NCBI GenBank assembly: GCA_041651195.1
Contig: JBAZJR010000004.1
Coordinates: 26,848 to 90,847, forward strand
DNA from: Patescibacteria group bacterium
GTDB lineage: Bacteria > Patescibacteriota > Patescibacteriia > Patescibacteriales > UBA12465
DNA length: 64,000 nt
Direction: 5' to 3'
A model generated the notes under the pieces. It ran no database searches, was not told where the DNA came from, and was given only the letters and a program-made list of their open reading frames with translations. The translations under genes were made by a program, and so were the position numbers. Positions within the stretch are counted from its first letter, which is position 1, and each line of letters opens with the position of its first letter. This document shows positions 1 through 9,978 of this stretch, in pieces.

Positions 1-47
1 AAGAACTATTAACGGAAATTCGGGACGCTTTGCGGAAAGATTCTTAA
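1..47 (+). CDS. 3' terminal fragment of an upstream CDS entering the window (unknown product)
   Basis: Frame 3 is open from the window edge (..ELLTEIRDALRKDS) to TAA at 45-47. A strong terminator hairpin follows. The fragment is too short to name. Confidence 0.3.
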   Translation, partial: ELLTEIRDALRKDS

Positions 48-74
48 TTGTCGTTTAATTATAATTAAGCTAAG

Positions 75-106
75 AAAAAAGAGGGATTGTTGATTCCCTC
101 TTTTTT
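75..106. terminator. Bidirectional intrinsic terminator
   Basis: The sequence reads A6-GAGGGA-8 nt loop-TCCCTC-T6. The A-tract and T-tract flank a GC stem between convergent genes. Confidence 0.7.
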
Positions 107-371
107 AATATACCATTTCTGCAATTCCCGAGCTAAAAACGATACAGCCCGTAAGTATTGCTATCGGCCGGTCATATAAGAAGGCCGATATAAAATACAA
201 CACGCCGAATCCTATAGTTAGGACGGCTTTAGGGACTTCAGTCATGGCTCCCGCCATAAATAGAATTAGTACCACTAACATTATAAACGGGATGGAATAA
301 TCTTTCTTCTCTTTTATAATAATAAAAGAGAGGTGTAATGCCATTAAAGTGAATACGATTGTCAGGAACAT
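105..371 (-). CDS. Small integral membrane protein (about 3 TM), unknown function
   Basis: This is an 88-aa ORF made almost entirely of hydrophobic segments. The terminator lies directly 3' of it. Confidence 0.5.
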   Translation of the reverse strand: MFLTIVFTLMALHLSFIIIKEKKDYSIPFIMLVVLILFMAGAMTEVPKAVLTIGFGVLYFISAFLYDRPIAILTGCIVFSSGIAEMVY

Positions 372-584
372 GTTTTCCTCCAGGGGTTTAATTATAAAAA
401 GTACGATTATTTATTAACCTCAAATAATACATTATCTTTTAATTTTTGTCAATAGTATAGTCAGTTTTAATTATATATTGTTTAATATTAGTAAAATAGT
501 TATCAGTCTATAAAAAAGGTCGAAATTAAAGTATAATAAGGATGTAAAAAGTCAGACCTATATTTAAGCCAGATCGGCAAACAT

Positions 585-1724
585 ATGGATAATCCTCTAA
601 TCATATTTTTATTGATTGTCATAGCGGTCGGGATAAGCGCCGTCATTTTTTTGCTCGTGCGCAGAAAAGAGGGCGGTGGAGAAAAAATGGGTGAGTTGCT
701 CGAAAGGTTAGAAAAACAGAATATTGAAGCGGTGGAGCGTTCCAGTCGGCAATCAGAAAAATTAGCGCAGCTGGCTCAACAGAACAGCGAATTGCGCCAG
801 GAATTAGATCGGAAATTATCGGAAACGCATCGGACTAACCAGGAGCAATTTGGGCAGAATGCCAAGATCGTCCAGAACATCACCTCGCAATCAGCAAAAC
901 TCATCGCCGACGTGACCGAGAAGCTGACCAAGCTCGATGAAACGAATAAACAAGTCGTTAATTTTTCTTCTCAACTCCAGAATTTACAGGATATCCTGAA
1001 GAATCCGAAGCAGCGCGGCGTCTTGGGGGAGTATTTTTTAGAAGAGACCTTAAAGAATGTCTTGCCGCCAAATTCTTTCCAGATGCAATATCCATTTAAG
1101 GACGGAACTATAGTTGATGCAGTGGTCTTCGTCAAAGATAAGATTATCCCGGTAGATGCGAAATTTTCTTTAGAAACTTATGAGAAGATCTTAAATACTA
1201 ATGACGTGGAACAGCGCGCCAAACTTGAGGCTCAATTCAAACAAGATTTGAAAAATCGCATCGATGAGACGGCTAAATATGTCAAGCCGAGCGAAAAGAC
1301 CATGGAGTTTGCCTTTATGTTCATCCCGTCAGAAGCGATTTATTATGATCTCTTGGTCAATAAAGTCGGCGCGGTCAAAGTCAATACGCGCGATCTGATC
1401 GAGTATGCTTTTCGGGACAAGAAAGTAATCATTGTCTCGCCGACTTCTTTCTTAGCCTATCTTCAGACCGTCCTACAGGGCTTGAAGGCGATGCAGATAG
1501 AAGAGAAGGCGAAAGAGATTAGGGCGAATATTGAAAAATTGCAGCGGCACATGGGGAGCTACGATGAGTTCATGAAAAAATTAGGGACGGCCATGTCAAC
1601 GACGGTCAACCATTATAATAATGCTTACGCGGAATTCAAGAAGATCGATAAGGACGTGACTAAGATCACGGATAAAGATAGCCAGATTTCCGTCTTGAAG
1701 ATCGAACGGCCGAAAAATAATTAA
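585..1724 (+). CDS. rmuC: DNA recombination protein RmuC
   Basis: It has an N-terminal TM, a long Q/E/K-rich coiled coil and a conserved RmuC C-terminal region (EFAFMFIPSEAIYYDLL, IVSPTSFLAYLQTV). Confidence 0.9.
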   Translation: MDNPLIIFLLIVIAVGISAVIFLLVRRKEGGGEKMGELLERLEKQNIEAVERSSRQSEKLAQLAQQNSELRQELDRKLSETHRTNQEQFGQNAKIVQNITSQSAKLIADVTEKLTKLDETNKQVVNFSSQLQNLQDILKNPKQRGVLGEYFLEETLKNVLPPNSFQMQYPFKDGTIVDAVVFVKDKIIPVDAKFSLETYEKILNTNDVEQRAKLEAQFKQDLKNRIDETAKYVKPSEKTMEFAFMFIPSEAIYYDLLVNKVGAVKVNTRDLIEYAFRDKKVIIVSPTSFLAYLQTVLQGLKAMQIEEKAKEIRANIEKLQRHMGSYDEFMKKLGTAMSTTVNHYNNAYAEFKKIDKDVTKITDKDSQISVLKIERPKNN

Positions 1725-1761
1725 GTAGGCGTTTGATCTTCCTCTATTTTTGGTAGATTTT

Positions 1762-2649
1762 ATGATTTTTTCCGGAATAGCAAATGAATCATTAGAAACG
1801 GCAATCATCAAGGTGGTTGCTTTCTTTGATTTATTCGAGCATCCACTGACGGCCTATGAAATCTGGAAAAATATAGAGCAGCCGGCCGAGCTTTCGGAAA
1901 TTTTAACTGTTTTAGACAAGCTTCCTGCAGCCCTTGGTTGCCGTAACGGTTTTTATTTCTTGGCTGGCCGGGAAGAAATTGTTACGACGCGCCAGAAGCG
2001 CCATAACTATACGGATCGCAAGATCAAGATTGCCCGGCGTTTCACTAAATTTTTCCAGCTATTTCCATCTGTCCGGATGATCGCGGTCGCCAACTCGATC
2101 GGCCAGTATAATCTGCGCGATGAGAGCGATATAGATTTTTTTATCATCACGGCGCCCGGTCGGCTTTGGCTCAGCCGCCTTTATTGCACGGGTTTAGCCA
2201 AGTTGCTTAATAGCCGCCCGACCCCCCAGGCTAAGCGGGATAAGATCTGTTTGAGTTTTTATATTTCTGACGATCATCTGGATATCAGCGACCTCCGTCT
2301 GACTGGAGCCGACCCTTATTTCGATTATTGGCGCCGTCATCTGGTTTTGTTGTATAATAAGAAAGGCACTTATGAAAAATTTTTATCGGCTAATGGCAAC
2401 CGGCCAGCCCAGGCCGATCAGGAGCGAGATAAAGGGCAGACAGCCCGGCGCAGCTTGATGAGTTTGGAAAATTTAGCCAAGCGGCTGCAATTAAAAATTA
2501 TGCCGCCCGCCTTAGCGGCGGCGATGAATAATTCCGACGGGGTAGTGGTCAATGATTCGGTCCTAAAATTGTATCAGCACGATCGTCGTCGTGAATTTGC
2601 AGAAAAATATGGACAAAAAATTAATGAAATCGCTGAAGTTAACGGTTGA
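1762..2649 (+). CDS. Hypothetical protein, possible nucleotidyltransferase-fold
   Basis: The ATG is at 1762; the track starts at an alternative TTG at 1750. An ESDIDFFIIT DxD-like signature is present. The 3' end overlaps the following Wzy_C-like gene. Confidence 0.6.
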   Translation: MIFSGIANESLETAIIKVVAFFDLFEHPLTAYEIWKNIEQPAELSEILTVLDKLPAALGCRNGFYFLAGREEIVTTRQKRHNYTDRKIKIARRFTKFFQLFPSVRMIAVANSIGQYNLRDESDIDFFIITAPGRLWLSRLYCTGLAKLLNSRPTPQAKRDKICLSFYISDDHLDISDLRLTGADPYFDYWRRHLVLLYNKKGTYEKFLSANGNRPAQADQERDKGQTARRSLMSLENLAKRLQLKIMPPALAAAMNNSDGVVVNDSVLKLYQHDRRREFAEKYGQKINEIAEVNG

Positions 2650-3907
2650 ATACGCCTTCTATCTTTGGGTCTTCCTGCTTCCCTGGCAGACCAAGATCAT
2701 CATGCGTCCTGGAGCCACTAACTTCCAGGAAATTTCCTTGTATTTAAGCCATCTGCTCTTACTTCTAATCTTAGTCAGTTTTTTTGTTTATAAACTACGT
2801 TATCGTGCCGATGATGAAAGGATTTCGCCTTTATGGCTAGCCCTCTCCGTCTTAGAGGTCGCGATTTTGAGCTCTTTTTTCTTTGCTCCCGACCAGCTAT
2901 TAGCCTTTTATCATTATCTCCTGTTCTTGACTGGCATCGGCCTCTTCTATCTCTTGCGAGTCGGCACAGAGACGATCAGCTATGAAGACACCTTTTTAGA
3001 TAAATTGAAGATTATCTATTTTTTCTTCGCCAGCATTTTTTTGCACGCTATTTTAGGGATTTACCAATTTTTGGCGCAACAGGCACCGGCTTGCAAGTAC
3101 CTCGGCTTAGCGGAACATGACGCCGATATCTTAGGAACCGCCGTTGTCGAGGCCGCTTCCGGCCGTTGGCTGCGCGCTTATGGCGGCTTGGATCACCCCA
3201 ATATTTTAGGCGGCGTCCTCGCGGTCGCCCTGCTTATTACTGGTTATTTATTGGCCAAGAAAAAGATGATCCGCTCTAAACGGGAGGCGATCGGTTCAGT
3301 CTTATTATTCATTTTTTATTTTGTCGGTCTCTTTTCTTTATTTTTTACTTTTTCCCGCGGCGCTTGGCTAGCCTATGCCATCGGGTTCGCGATTCTCCTG
3401 ATTATCCTGATCGCTAAGCCGGATCGCTGGATTCTTGGCCGCTTCATCGCGTTAGCATTCTTTTCCGCCATCATGCTCCTGATCGTCGCTTATCCTTATC
3501 GGGATTTGTTGCAGGCTAGGATCGGCGGCGAAGCCCGTCTAGAACAAAAATCGTTATTAGAAAGAGAGGAATATCTAGGGCAGGCTGCCGCGCTGATCCG
3601 CGATAATTGGTTTGGGGTTGGGACTGGTAATTATACGGTGGCCGTGGCTTCGCGGGATGCGTCCCTTAAAGATCCTTGGTCTTATCAGCCAGTCCACAAT
3701 GTTTTTCTTCTTCTGTGGGCCGAGGCTGGCTTTTTGGCGGTCATTTCTTTCTTGGCCTTCCTCTTTTTCCTGATTAAAAAAAATCGCCGAGAGGCCTTCT
3801 CCGCGGCGGTTTTGATCGCCTTGATCGTCCTGATGTCATTCGATCACTGGCTCTTGAGTTTGCCTTTCGGATTAGTTTTTCTCTTCTTTATCCTCGGCTT
3901 GCTTTGA
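2591..3907 (+). CDS. O-antigen ligase / Wzy_C-like polytopic membrane protein
   Basis: It has many TM segments and the family motifs FSRGAWLAY and QPVHNVFLLLWAEAGFLA. The start is uncertain (2591, 2609 or 2624). Confidence 0.8.
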   Translation: MNLQKNMDKKLMKSLKLTVEYAFYLWVFLLPWQTKIIMRPGATNFQEISLYLSHLLLLLILVSFFVYKLRYRADDERISPLWLALSVLEVAILSSFFFAPDQLLAFYHYLLFLTGIGLFYLLRVGTETISYEDTFLDKLKIIYFFFASIFLHAILGIYQFLAQQAPACKYLGLAEHDADILGTAVVEAASGRWLRAYGGLDHPNILGGVLAVALLITGYLLAKKKMIRSKREAIGSVLLFIFYFVGLFSLFFTFSRGAWLAYAIGFAILLIILIAKPDRWILGRFIALAFFSAIMLLIVAYPYRDLLQARIGGEARLEQKSLLEREEYLGQAAALIRDNWFGVGTGNYTVAVASRDASLKDPWSYQPVHNVFLLLWAEAGFLAVISFLAFLFFLIKKNRREAFSAAVLIALIVLMSFDHWLLSLPFGLVFLFFILGLL

Positions 3908-4143
3908 ACCTTCGGCTGGATATAATAATTAGTCTGGAGGAAGAGTAGATCGCTTTCTAGGTTATTTAGAGTTTTTTTGAAGACGGCCGCGTCGGCGCAA
4001 CCGTCTTTTTTTATTTTCTGCCGCAGCAAGCGCAGAATGGTCGCGATGGTGCCGAAATAATCGTCGCTCTGTACGTGGAATCTTACGCCCGCCTCGTCTT
4101 TGACCGACCAGACGAGAGGCCTGATCATATATTTCTTGGGCAT
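3844..4143 (-). CDS. Small basic hypothetical protein downstream of radC
   Basis: This 99-aa ORF starts 3 nt after the radC stop and is probably co-transcribed. It has a Lys-rich tail. Its 3' end overlaps the convergent gene by 64 nt. Confidence 0.4.
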   Translation of the reverse strand: MPKKYMIRPLVWSVKDEAGVRFHVQSDDYFGTIATILRLLRQKIKKDGCADAAVFKKTLNNLESDLLFLQTNYYIQPKVQSKPRIKKRKTNPKGKLKSQ

Positions 4144-4146
4144 AGC

Positions 4147-4863
4147 TTAAATGATGCTGACGAATTTATCTTTGCTGATGATTAGGTGGTCCAAAACCTC
4201 AATTCCCAAGATATTGCCCGCTTCCAGTAGTTTATTAGTTATTTCGACATCTGCCCGCGTCGCTTTTAGGACGCCAGAGGGGTGGTTATGGGCGATGATG
4301 ATCGCAGCCGCCGAGTATTCTAAGGCCGGGCGGAAGACCTCGCGCGGTTGGACCAGGGAAGCGTCAAGCGTGCCGAGAGAAATCACTTCATCGTGGATCA
4401 GCTGGTAATGGGTGTTTAGGTATAGGCCGCGGAATTGTTCTTTATTTAGGTTGCCCATCTCTTTCAAGTGATTAAAAGCTTGGGCGGCCGTCCGGATAGT
4501 GATAGAGCCGCCCGGCTTCTTTTGGTAGAAGCGCCGGCCTAATTCAAAGCAAGCGACGATCTGGCAGGCCTTGGCAGTCGGGATTTTCAGGTCTTTTTCG
4601 ATGATTGCCGGGTCTTTTTGATAAGCGATGCCTTTTTCGCCGTATTCTCTGAGGAGTCGATTGGCCATAGAAAAGACCTCTTCTTTTTTTGTCCCGACAC
4701 CCAAGACGACTGCCAAAAGTTCGGCTGAGCTTAGGCTGCCTGCGCCTTCTTTAATCATTTTTTCGCGCGGCCTCTCTTCATCCGGCAGATCTTTAACCCG
4801 CAGGATCTGATATTGCCGGCCGTGGTTTAGGACCAGGTCTCGATCGCTGATTTTATAAGGCAT
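4147..4863 (-). CDS. radC: RadC-like JAB/MPN domain protein
   Basis: It has the HNHPSG JAMM motif, an N-terminal HhH-like region and the typical length. Confidence 0.92.
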   Translation of the reverse strand: MPYKISDRDLVLNHGRQYQILRVKDLPDEERPREKMIKEGAGSLSSAELLAVVLGVGTKKEEVFSMANRLLREYGEKGIAYQKDPAIIEKDLKIPTAKACQIVACFELGRRFYQKKPGGSITIRTAAQAFNHLKEMGNLNKEQFRGLYLNTHYQLIHDEVISLGTLDASLVQPREVFRPALEYSAAAIIIAHNHPSGVLKATRADVEITNKLLEAGNILGIEVLDHLIISKDKFVSII

Positions 4864-4976
4864 AGGGGTAAAAATTAAATAAGGTTAGAGGATTTGTCTT
4901 TACTTCAAATTATATCAAAGATGTGGTAAATTTAAAACACAGCCCGAAAGATTATTTATTAATAAGCTATATTAGT

Positions 4977-6242
4977 ATGAATAAATATAAAGTTAATATC
5001 TTGTCAAATAAGATTCCTTTGATTACCGTGCCGATCAAGGGTGCGCCGACCGTGACCGCGCTCGTAGTCATCAAGACCGGCTCTAAATATGAAACGCGCC
5101 AGACTAACGGCTTATCCCATTTTTTGGAGCACATGTTTTTCAAGGGAACGGCGCGCCGGCCGAATACTTTGGCGCTGTCGAGCGAATTAGATTCTTTGGG
5201 CGGCGAATATAACGCTTTTACTACCAAAGAATTTACCGGCTACTGGGTTAAGGTCGCGTCTCCTAAGCTCGGAGCGGCACTAGACATCATTAGCGATATG
5301 CTCCTTAATTCTTTATTCGATCCAGCCGAGATCGAAAGGGAAAAGGGCGTGATCATCGAGGAGCTGAATATGTATGAAGATAACCCGCTCATGCATGTGG
5401 AAGACGTCTTTGAGGCTTGCTTGTATGGCGATACGCCAGCTGGTTGGGAGACTATCGGGACGAAAGCTAATATCCAGCGCTTTAAGAAGAAAGATTTTTT
5501 GAAATATTTTCAGGCGCAATATGGCGCTCGCAGCGCCTACGCTGTCTTAGCGGGCGGAATCAGGAAGGAAGACAAAAAAGCCGTGTCTAAGATGCTGGCC
5601 GCTTTTCCGGCCAATGCTTGGCGTGATAAGCCGATAGTTAAAGAGAGGCAGTCGGCGCCTCAAGTGCGGGTGGCTGTTAAAAAGATCGACCAGGTTAATT
5701 TATCTTTAGGTGTCCGGACTTATCCGATCGGTCATCCGGAAGAATTTAAAATGCGTCTTTTAGCCGTTATTCTGGGCGGCTCTATGAGTTCCCGCTTGTT
5801 CATCAACTTGCGGGAAAGGAATGGTTTGGCTTACTACGTCCGGACGATGGCTGATTTTTATTCTGATTCTGGTTATTTGACGACCCAAGCGGGCGTTCCG
5901 ATTGATAAAGCGGAAGAAGCAGTCAAGATTATCCTGGCGGAATACAAGAAGATGACGGTTGACCTGGTCAGTGCTGAAGAATTAAAACGCGCCAAAGATC
6001 TCCTGCAAGGCAAATCTTTATTGCAGCTCGAAGCGACCGACAATTTGGCTAATTGGTATGTCCGCCAGGCGATCCTCCGGAAAAAGATCATGACGCCGGC
6101 GGAATTCTTGAAAAAGATCAATCGGATCACAGCATTGGAATTACGCCAAGCGGCCCGCCGAGTCTTTGTCGACCGCGGTCTGAACCTGGCTTTGATCGGG
6201 CGGGTCGAAGCCGCGCGATTCCAGCCGATCCTTAAATTTTAA
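4977..6242 (+). CDS. M16 (pitrilysin/insulinase) family zinc peptidase
   Basis: The inverted zinc motif HFLEHMFFKG (HxxEH) is present with two M16 halves. The ATG at 4977 is preferred over the GTG at 4923. Confidence 0.9.
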   Translation: MNKYKVNILSNKIPLITVPIKGAPTVTALVVIKTGSKYETRQTNGLSHFLEHMFFKGTARRPNTLALSSELDSLGGEYNAFTTKEFTGYWVKVASPKLGAALDIISDMLLNSLFDPAEIEREKGVIIEELNMYEDNPLMHVEDVFEACLYGDTPAGWETIGTKANIQRFKKKDFLKYFQAQYGARSAYAVLAGGIRKEDKKAVSKMLAAFPANAWRDKPIVKERQSAPQVRVAVKKIDQVNLSLGVRTYPIGHPEEFKMRLLAVILGGSMSSRLFINLRERNGLAYYVRTMADFYSDSGYLTTQAGVPIDKAEEAVKIILAEYKKMTVDLVSAEELKRAKDLLQGKSLLQLEATDNLANWYVRQAILRKKIMTPAEFLKKINRITALELRQAARRVFVDRGLNLALIGRVEAARFQPILKF

Positions 6243-6249
6243 TCGTTAT

Positions 6250-9200
6250 ATGGGCAATAAGATGGATCTATCGCATCTTAATTCCGCGCAGAAGCGGGCG
6301 GTCACGCATGATACTGGCCCGCTTTTGATCGTGGCTGGCGCCGGCACTGGGAAGACTACAGTTTTGATCAATCGCCTAGCTTACTTGATCATGGATAAAA
6401 AAGTATCGACCGATGAAATCCTGCTTCTGACTTTTACGGAAAAGGCGGCGGGCGAGATGGAGGAGCGGGCGGACAAAATCCTGCCTTATGGCTATGTCGA
6501 CCTCTGGATCAATACTTTCCATAGCTTCGGGGAGAGGATCTTAAGGGAGTTCGGTCTGGATATCGGCTTGAATGCTAGCTTTAAGCTGCTTACCGAAACC
6601 GACCAATGGGTGCTGATCAAGAAGAATCTTAGCCGCTTTAACTTAGATTATTACCGTCCTTTAGGTAATCCGACTAAGTTCATTTCGGAATTGATCCATC
6701 ATTTTTCTCGCCTGAAAGATGAAAATATTTCGGCCGCGGAATATCTGAAATACGCGGAAGAATTAGAGTCGGATCAGGATCAGCGCCTTAGCGGCCAAAA
6801 ATTAGCTAAGACAGCCAGGGTTCTGCCGAAAAAGAAAGGGGCGGCGCGGAGTGCGCGGCCGATGGCGAGGGAAACCGCGGGAGAAGATGAGGGTGGCGAA
6901 TTAGAAATCGGCCGGATCAAGGAGCTCGCGGAGGCCTATCATATTTATAATCAGCTGCTCCTGGAAAACAATTTTTTGGATTTCGGGGATTTAATCGTTT
7001 ATACTTTAAAATTATTTCGTGAACGCCCCAATATCCTGGATTTTTATCGGGCTAAGTTCCATTACCTCATGGTGGATGAATTTCAGGATACGAACTGGGC
7101 TCAATATGAATTGGTCAAACTGCTCGCCGCGCCGAAACATAACCTAGTCGTGGTCGGTGACGACGATCAGGCGATCTATAAATTCCGTGGCGCCTCCTTA
7201 TCTAATATCATGCAGTTCAAGGACGATTATCCGCGCGCGACCGAGATCATCTTGACCGAAAATTATCGTTCACGGCAGGAAATTTTGGATTACGCCTATG
7301 AATTCATCAAGCATAATGATCCGAACCGGCTCGAGGTGAAATTGCGGATCGATAAGCGGCTGAAGGCTGATGGCGTAGCTGTTCGAAAATCCGGCACGGA
7401 GCCGGCTGTCCGATTTTTTAACTTTGCCACGCAGGCCGATGAACTCTCTTTTGTCGCCCAGCAGATAAAGGATCTTTTTGTCGCGCGACAGGATGCGGTT
7501 AATTGGTCTGATTTCGCGATCTTAGTGCGGGCTAACGATACGGCCGAAGCTTATGTCAAAGAACTGAGCCGCCAAGGGATACCGAATCAGTTTATGTCCT
7601 GGCGCGGCCTATATTATAAGCCACTCATCTTGGATATCTTGGCCTATTTTAAATTATTGGATAATTATCACGAATCCGCCGCTCTGTTCCGAGTCTTGAA
7701 TATGGAGCCTTTCAAGGTCGCGCATACGGATCTGATCACGATTAATAAGATGGCCGCCCGGAAGGTCTGGTCGCTTTTTGAGGCTCTGAAAAATATCAAT
7801 GCGATTGTCGGCATCAGCGCGGAAAGCGTCCAGAATATCAATAAATTATTAGCTTTGATCGCCGAGCATTCGCGTTTGGCCGCATCCGTGTCGCCGACCA
7901 AAATTTTTTTGCATTTTGCTTATGACTCCGGCCTATTGGCCGATCTGGACCGTGATCGTGACCTCGAATTATTTTCTTATTTGAATCAATTTTATCGGAA
8001 GATAAAGCGCCTAGAAGAAGCGGAACCGGATCTGCGGCTGAAAGATTTCTTGACGGCTATCAATCTGGAGCTCGAAGCGGGCGAGACCGGCGCTTTGAAG
8101 CTGGATTTCGCCGACGCGGATACAGTTAAGGTTATGACGGTCCACGGCGCCAAAGGACTGGAGTTCAAATATGTTTTCCTGGTCAATCTAGTCGACAAAA
8201 AATTCCCGACTATTTCGCGCAGCGAGAAGATATCTATCCCCGATGCCCTGGTTAGAGAAAAAATCACAGCCAGTCCGGATGTCCATCTGGAAGAAGAGCG
8301 GCGCCTATTTTATGTCGCCCTGACGCGCGCCAAGGAAGGCTTGTATCTGACGAGCGCGCGAGATTACGGCGGCGTACGAGAAAAGAAGCCATCGCGTTTT
8401 ATTACGGAGCTAGGTTTAGAGAGCGAAGTCTTGCCGGAGATTATTTTAAGCGAAAAAAATGAGTTTTTGCGCGATTTGCACCGCTTGAATGCACGTGAGC
8501 TGGCGCTCAGTGCGAATCAGGCGGCGGCCGATGTTTATCCGCTCCCGGCAAAATTTTCTTTTTCGCAATTAGCCGCTTACTCTACCTGTCCTTTGCAGTA
8601 TAAATTCGCTTTCATCCTGAAGGTGCCGGTGCCGCAAGATAAGGCTTCTCTGATTTTTGGTCGTGTCCTCCATAATACTTTATATAATTTTTTATTACCT
8701 CTCTTAAGCGCTCGGCCAGCATGGCAGGGGGATCTGTTCGGCGCAACCGTTATCGGGCAAGAAGCCGAGTCTACTAAAGCTGAAGCGCTGAAAAAATTAA
8801 TTAGTGCAGCAAGATTAGAGGAGCTTTATAAAGAATTCTGGCAGCCGGATGGTTATCCGGATAAGCTGACGCGTGATCAGTATCGGGCGCGCGGGCAGGC
8901 CTCGCTCCATAAATTCCTAGCCGCCTGGCTGGAACAGCGCCCGGCCGAGATACTTTTCCTGGAAAAGAAGTTTTCCTTCAAGATCGGCGAGGATATTATC
9001 AAAGGGACGATCGATCGCGTCGATAAGCTGGCAGACGGGACTTTGGAAATCGTCGATTATAAGACCGGTACGGCCAAGACCAAACTGGATTTCGCTGCCA
9101 AACGCCAGCTGATCCTCTATCAATTATTTTTGGAAGAGTTCCTGGGATTAAAAGTCAGCCGGCTTAGCTACTACTATTTAGAGAGTGGCGAGAAATTATC

Positions 9201-9351
9201 TTTTATGGCGACGGCAAAGGATTTTGCTAAATTGCGCTTGGAGGTGGGGGCGGAGATCAAAGCTATCAAAAGCCGGAATTTCGCGCCGACGCCGTCGCGG
9301 ATGTGTGATTTCTGCGATTTTAATTCGATTTGCGAATTTCGGCAGACTTGA
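6250..9351 (+). CDS. UvrD/PcrA-type SF1 helicase fused to a C-terminal PD-(D/E)xK Cas4/AddB-type Fe-S nuclease
   Basis: Helicase motifs present are Walker A GAGTGKTT, VDEFQDT and TVHGAKGLEF. The C-terminus has CPLQY, IVDYKTG, QLILYQ and CDFCDFNSIC (Cx2Cx5C). Confidence 0.9.
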   Translation: MGNKMDLSHLNSAQKRAVTHDTGPLLIVAGAGTGKTTVLINRLAYLIMDKKVSTDEILLLTFTEKAAGEMEERADKILPYGYVDLWINTFHSFGERILREFGLDIGLNASFKLLTETDQWVLIKKNLSRFNLDYYRPLGNPTKFISELIHHFSRLKDENISAAEYLKYAEELESDQDQRLSGQKLAKTARVLPKKKGAARSARPMARETAGEDEGGELEIGRIKELAEAYHIYNQLLLENNFLDFGDLIVYTLKLFRERPNILDFYRAKFHYLMVDEFQDTNWAQYELVKLLAAPKHNLVVVGDDDQAIYKFRGASLSNIMQFKDDYPRATEIILTENYRSRQEILDYAYEFIKHNDPNRLEVKLRIDKRLKADGVAVRKSGTEPAVRFFNFATQADELSFVAQQIKDLFVARQDAVNWSDFAILVRANDTAEAYVKELSRQGIPNQFMSWRGLYYKPLILDILAYFKLLDNYHESAALFRVLNMEPFKVAHTDLITINKMAARKVWSLFEALKNINAIVGISAESVQNINKLLALIAEHSRLAASVSPTKIFLHFAYDSGLLADLDRDRDLELFSYLNQFYRKIKRLEEAEPDLRLKDFLTAINLELEAGETGALKLDFADADTVKVMTVHGAKGLEFKYVFLVNLVDKKFPTISRSEKISIPDALVREKITASPDVHLEEERRLFYVALTRAKEGLYLTSARDYGGVREKKPSRFITELGLESEVLPEIILSEKNEFLRDLHRLNARELALSANQAAADVYPLPAKFSFSQLAAYSTCPLQYKFAFILKVPVPQDKASLIFGRVLHNTLYNFLLPLLSARPAWQGDLFGATVIGQEAESTKAEALKKLISAARLEELYKEFWQPDGYPDKLTRDQYRARGQASLHKFLAAWLEQRPAEILFLEKKFSFKIGEDIIKGTIDRVDKLADGTLEIVDYKTGTAKTKLDFAAKRQLILYQLFLEEFLGLKVSRLSYYYLESGEKLSFMATAKDFAKLRLEVGAEIKAIKSRNFAPTPSRMCDFCDFNSICEFRQT

Positions 9352-9393
9352 GCCAGCGCCATAACATAGGTTTTATATTTCGGTTATAAATTT

Positions 9394-9960
9394 ATGTTCA
9401 GATCAGGAAATATTAACCGTATATTATGGTCGGGTCGACCGTCAGTCGGCTTTACTCTCATTGAATTATTGGTAGTTATCGCGATTATCGGTCTGTTATC
9501 AACCATTTCTATTTTGGCTTTAAATAGTTCCCGCCATAGAGCCAAGATTGCTGCCGTCCAGTCTGATATAAGCCAGTTTATGCGGGCGGTAGCGATTGCG
9601 CAAGGAGAAACTAATAAAGTTTTATTGCAAATTACCGGTTCTGGTTGTAGCATTTGCACTGGTGCATGCGGCGGCTCTTATGGCGGCGTACGCGACCTCA
9701 GAAATGTACCGGAAAGCGATACTTGTTATGTGCGGTGGATTACTGATTTGAATAATATTGAAATTGCATCCGGCGGCATCGCCTTAGGCGTTAATAAATT
9801 AAAACGTGATCCTTGGGGAAGCCCGTATTTGCTTGATGAGAATGAATGTGAGGGAGGCGGTACCTGGGCCGACACTATCCGGTCAGCCGGTCCGGATGGC
9901 CTTTGGCCGAGCAGTGACGATATTGCCTTTACTATCCCTAAAGCTAACATTTGTCCGTAA
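9394..9960 (+). CDS. Prepilin-type (type IV pilin / pseudopilin-like) protein
   Basis: The leader ends in G. It is followed by FTLIELLVVIAIIGLL, the class III signal with Glu at +5. The C-terminal domain is Cys-rich. Confidence 0.8.
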   Translation: MFRSGNINRILWSGRPSVGFTLIELLVVIAIIGLLSTISILALNSSRHRAKIAAVQSDISQFMRAVAIAQGETNKVLLQITGSGCSICTGACGGSYGGVRDLRNVPESDTCYVRWITDLNNIEIASGGIALGVNKLKRDPWGSPYLLDENECEGGGTWADTIRSAGPDGLWPSSDDIAFTIPKANICP

Positions 9961-9978
9961 ATATTGTATAATCATCAT

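Noticed and set aside
3844-3907. The 64-nt convergent overlap between the Wzy_C-like gene and the 99-aa ORF, considered as a regulatory antisense arrangement.
   Set aside because: It is more simply explained by uncertainty in the true 3' extent or the reality of the small ORF. No structure or motif supports a regulatory role.
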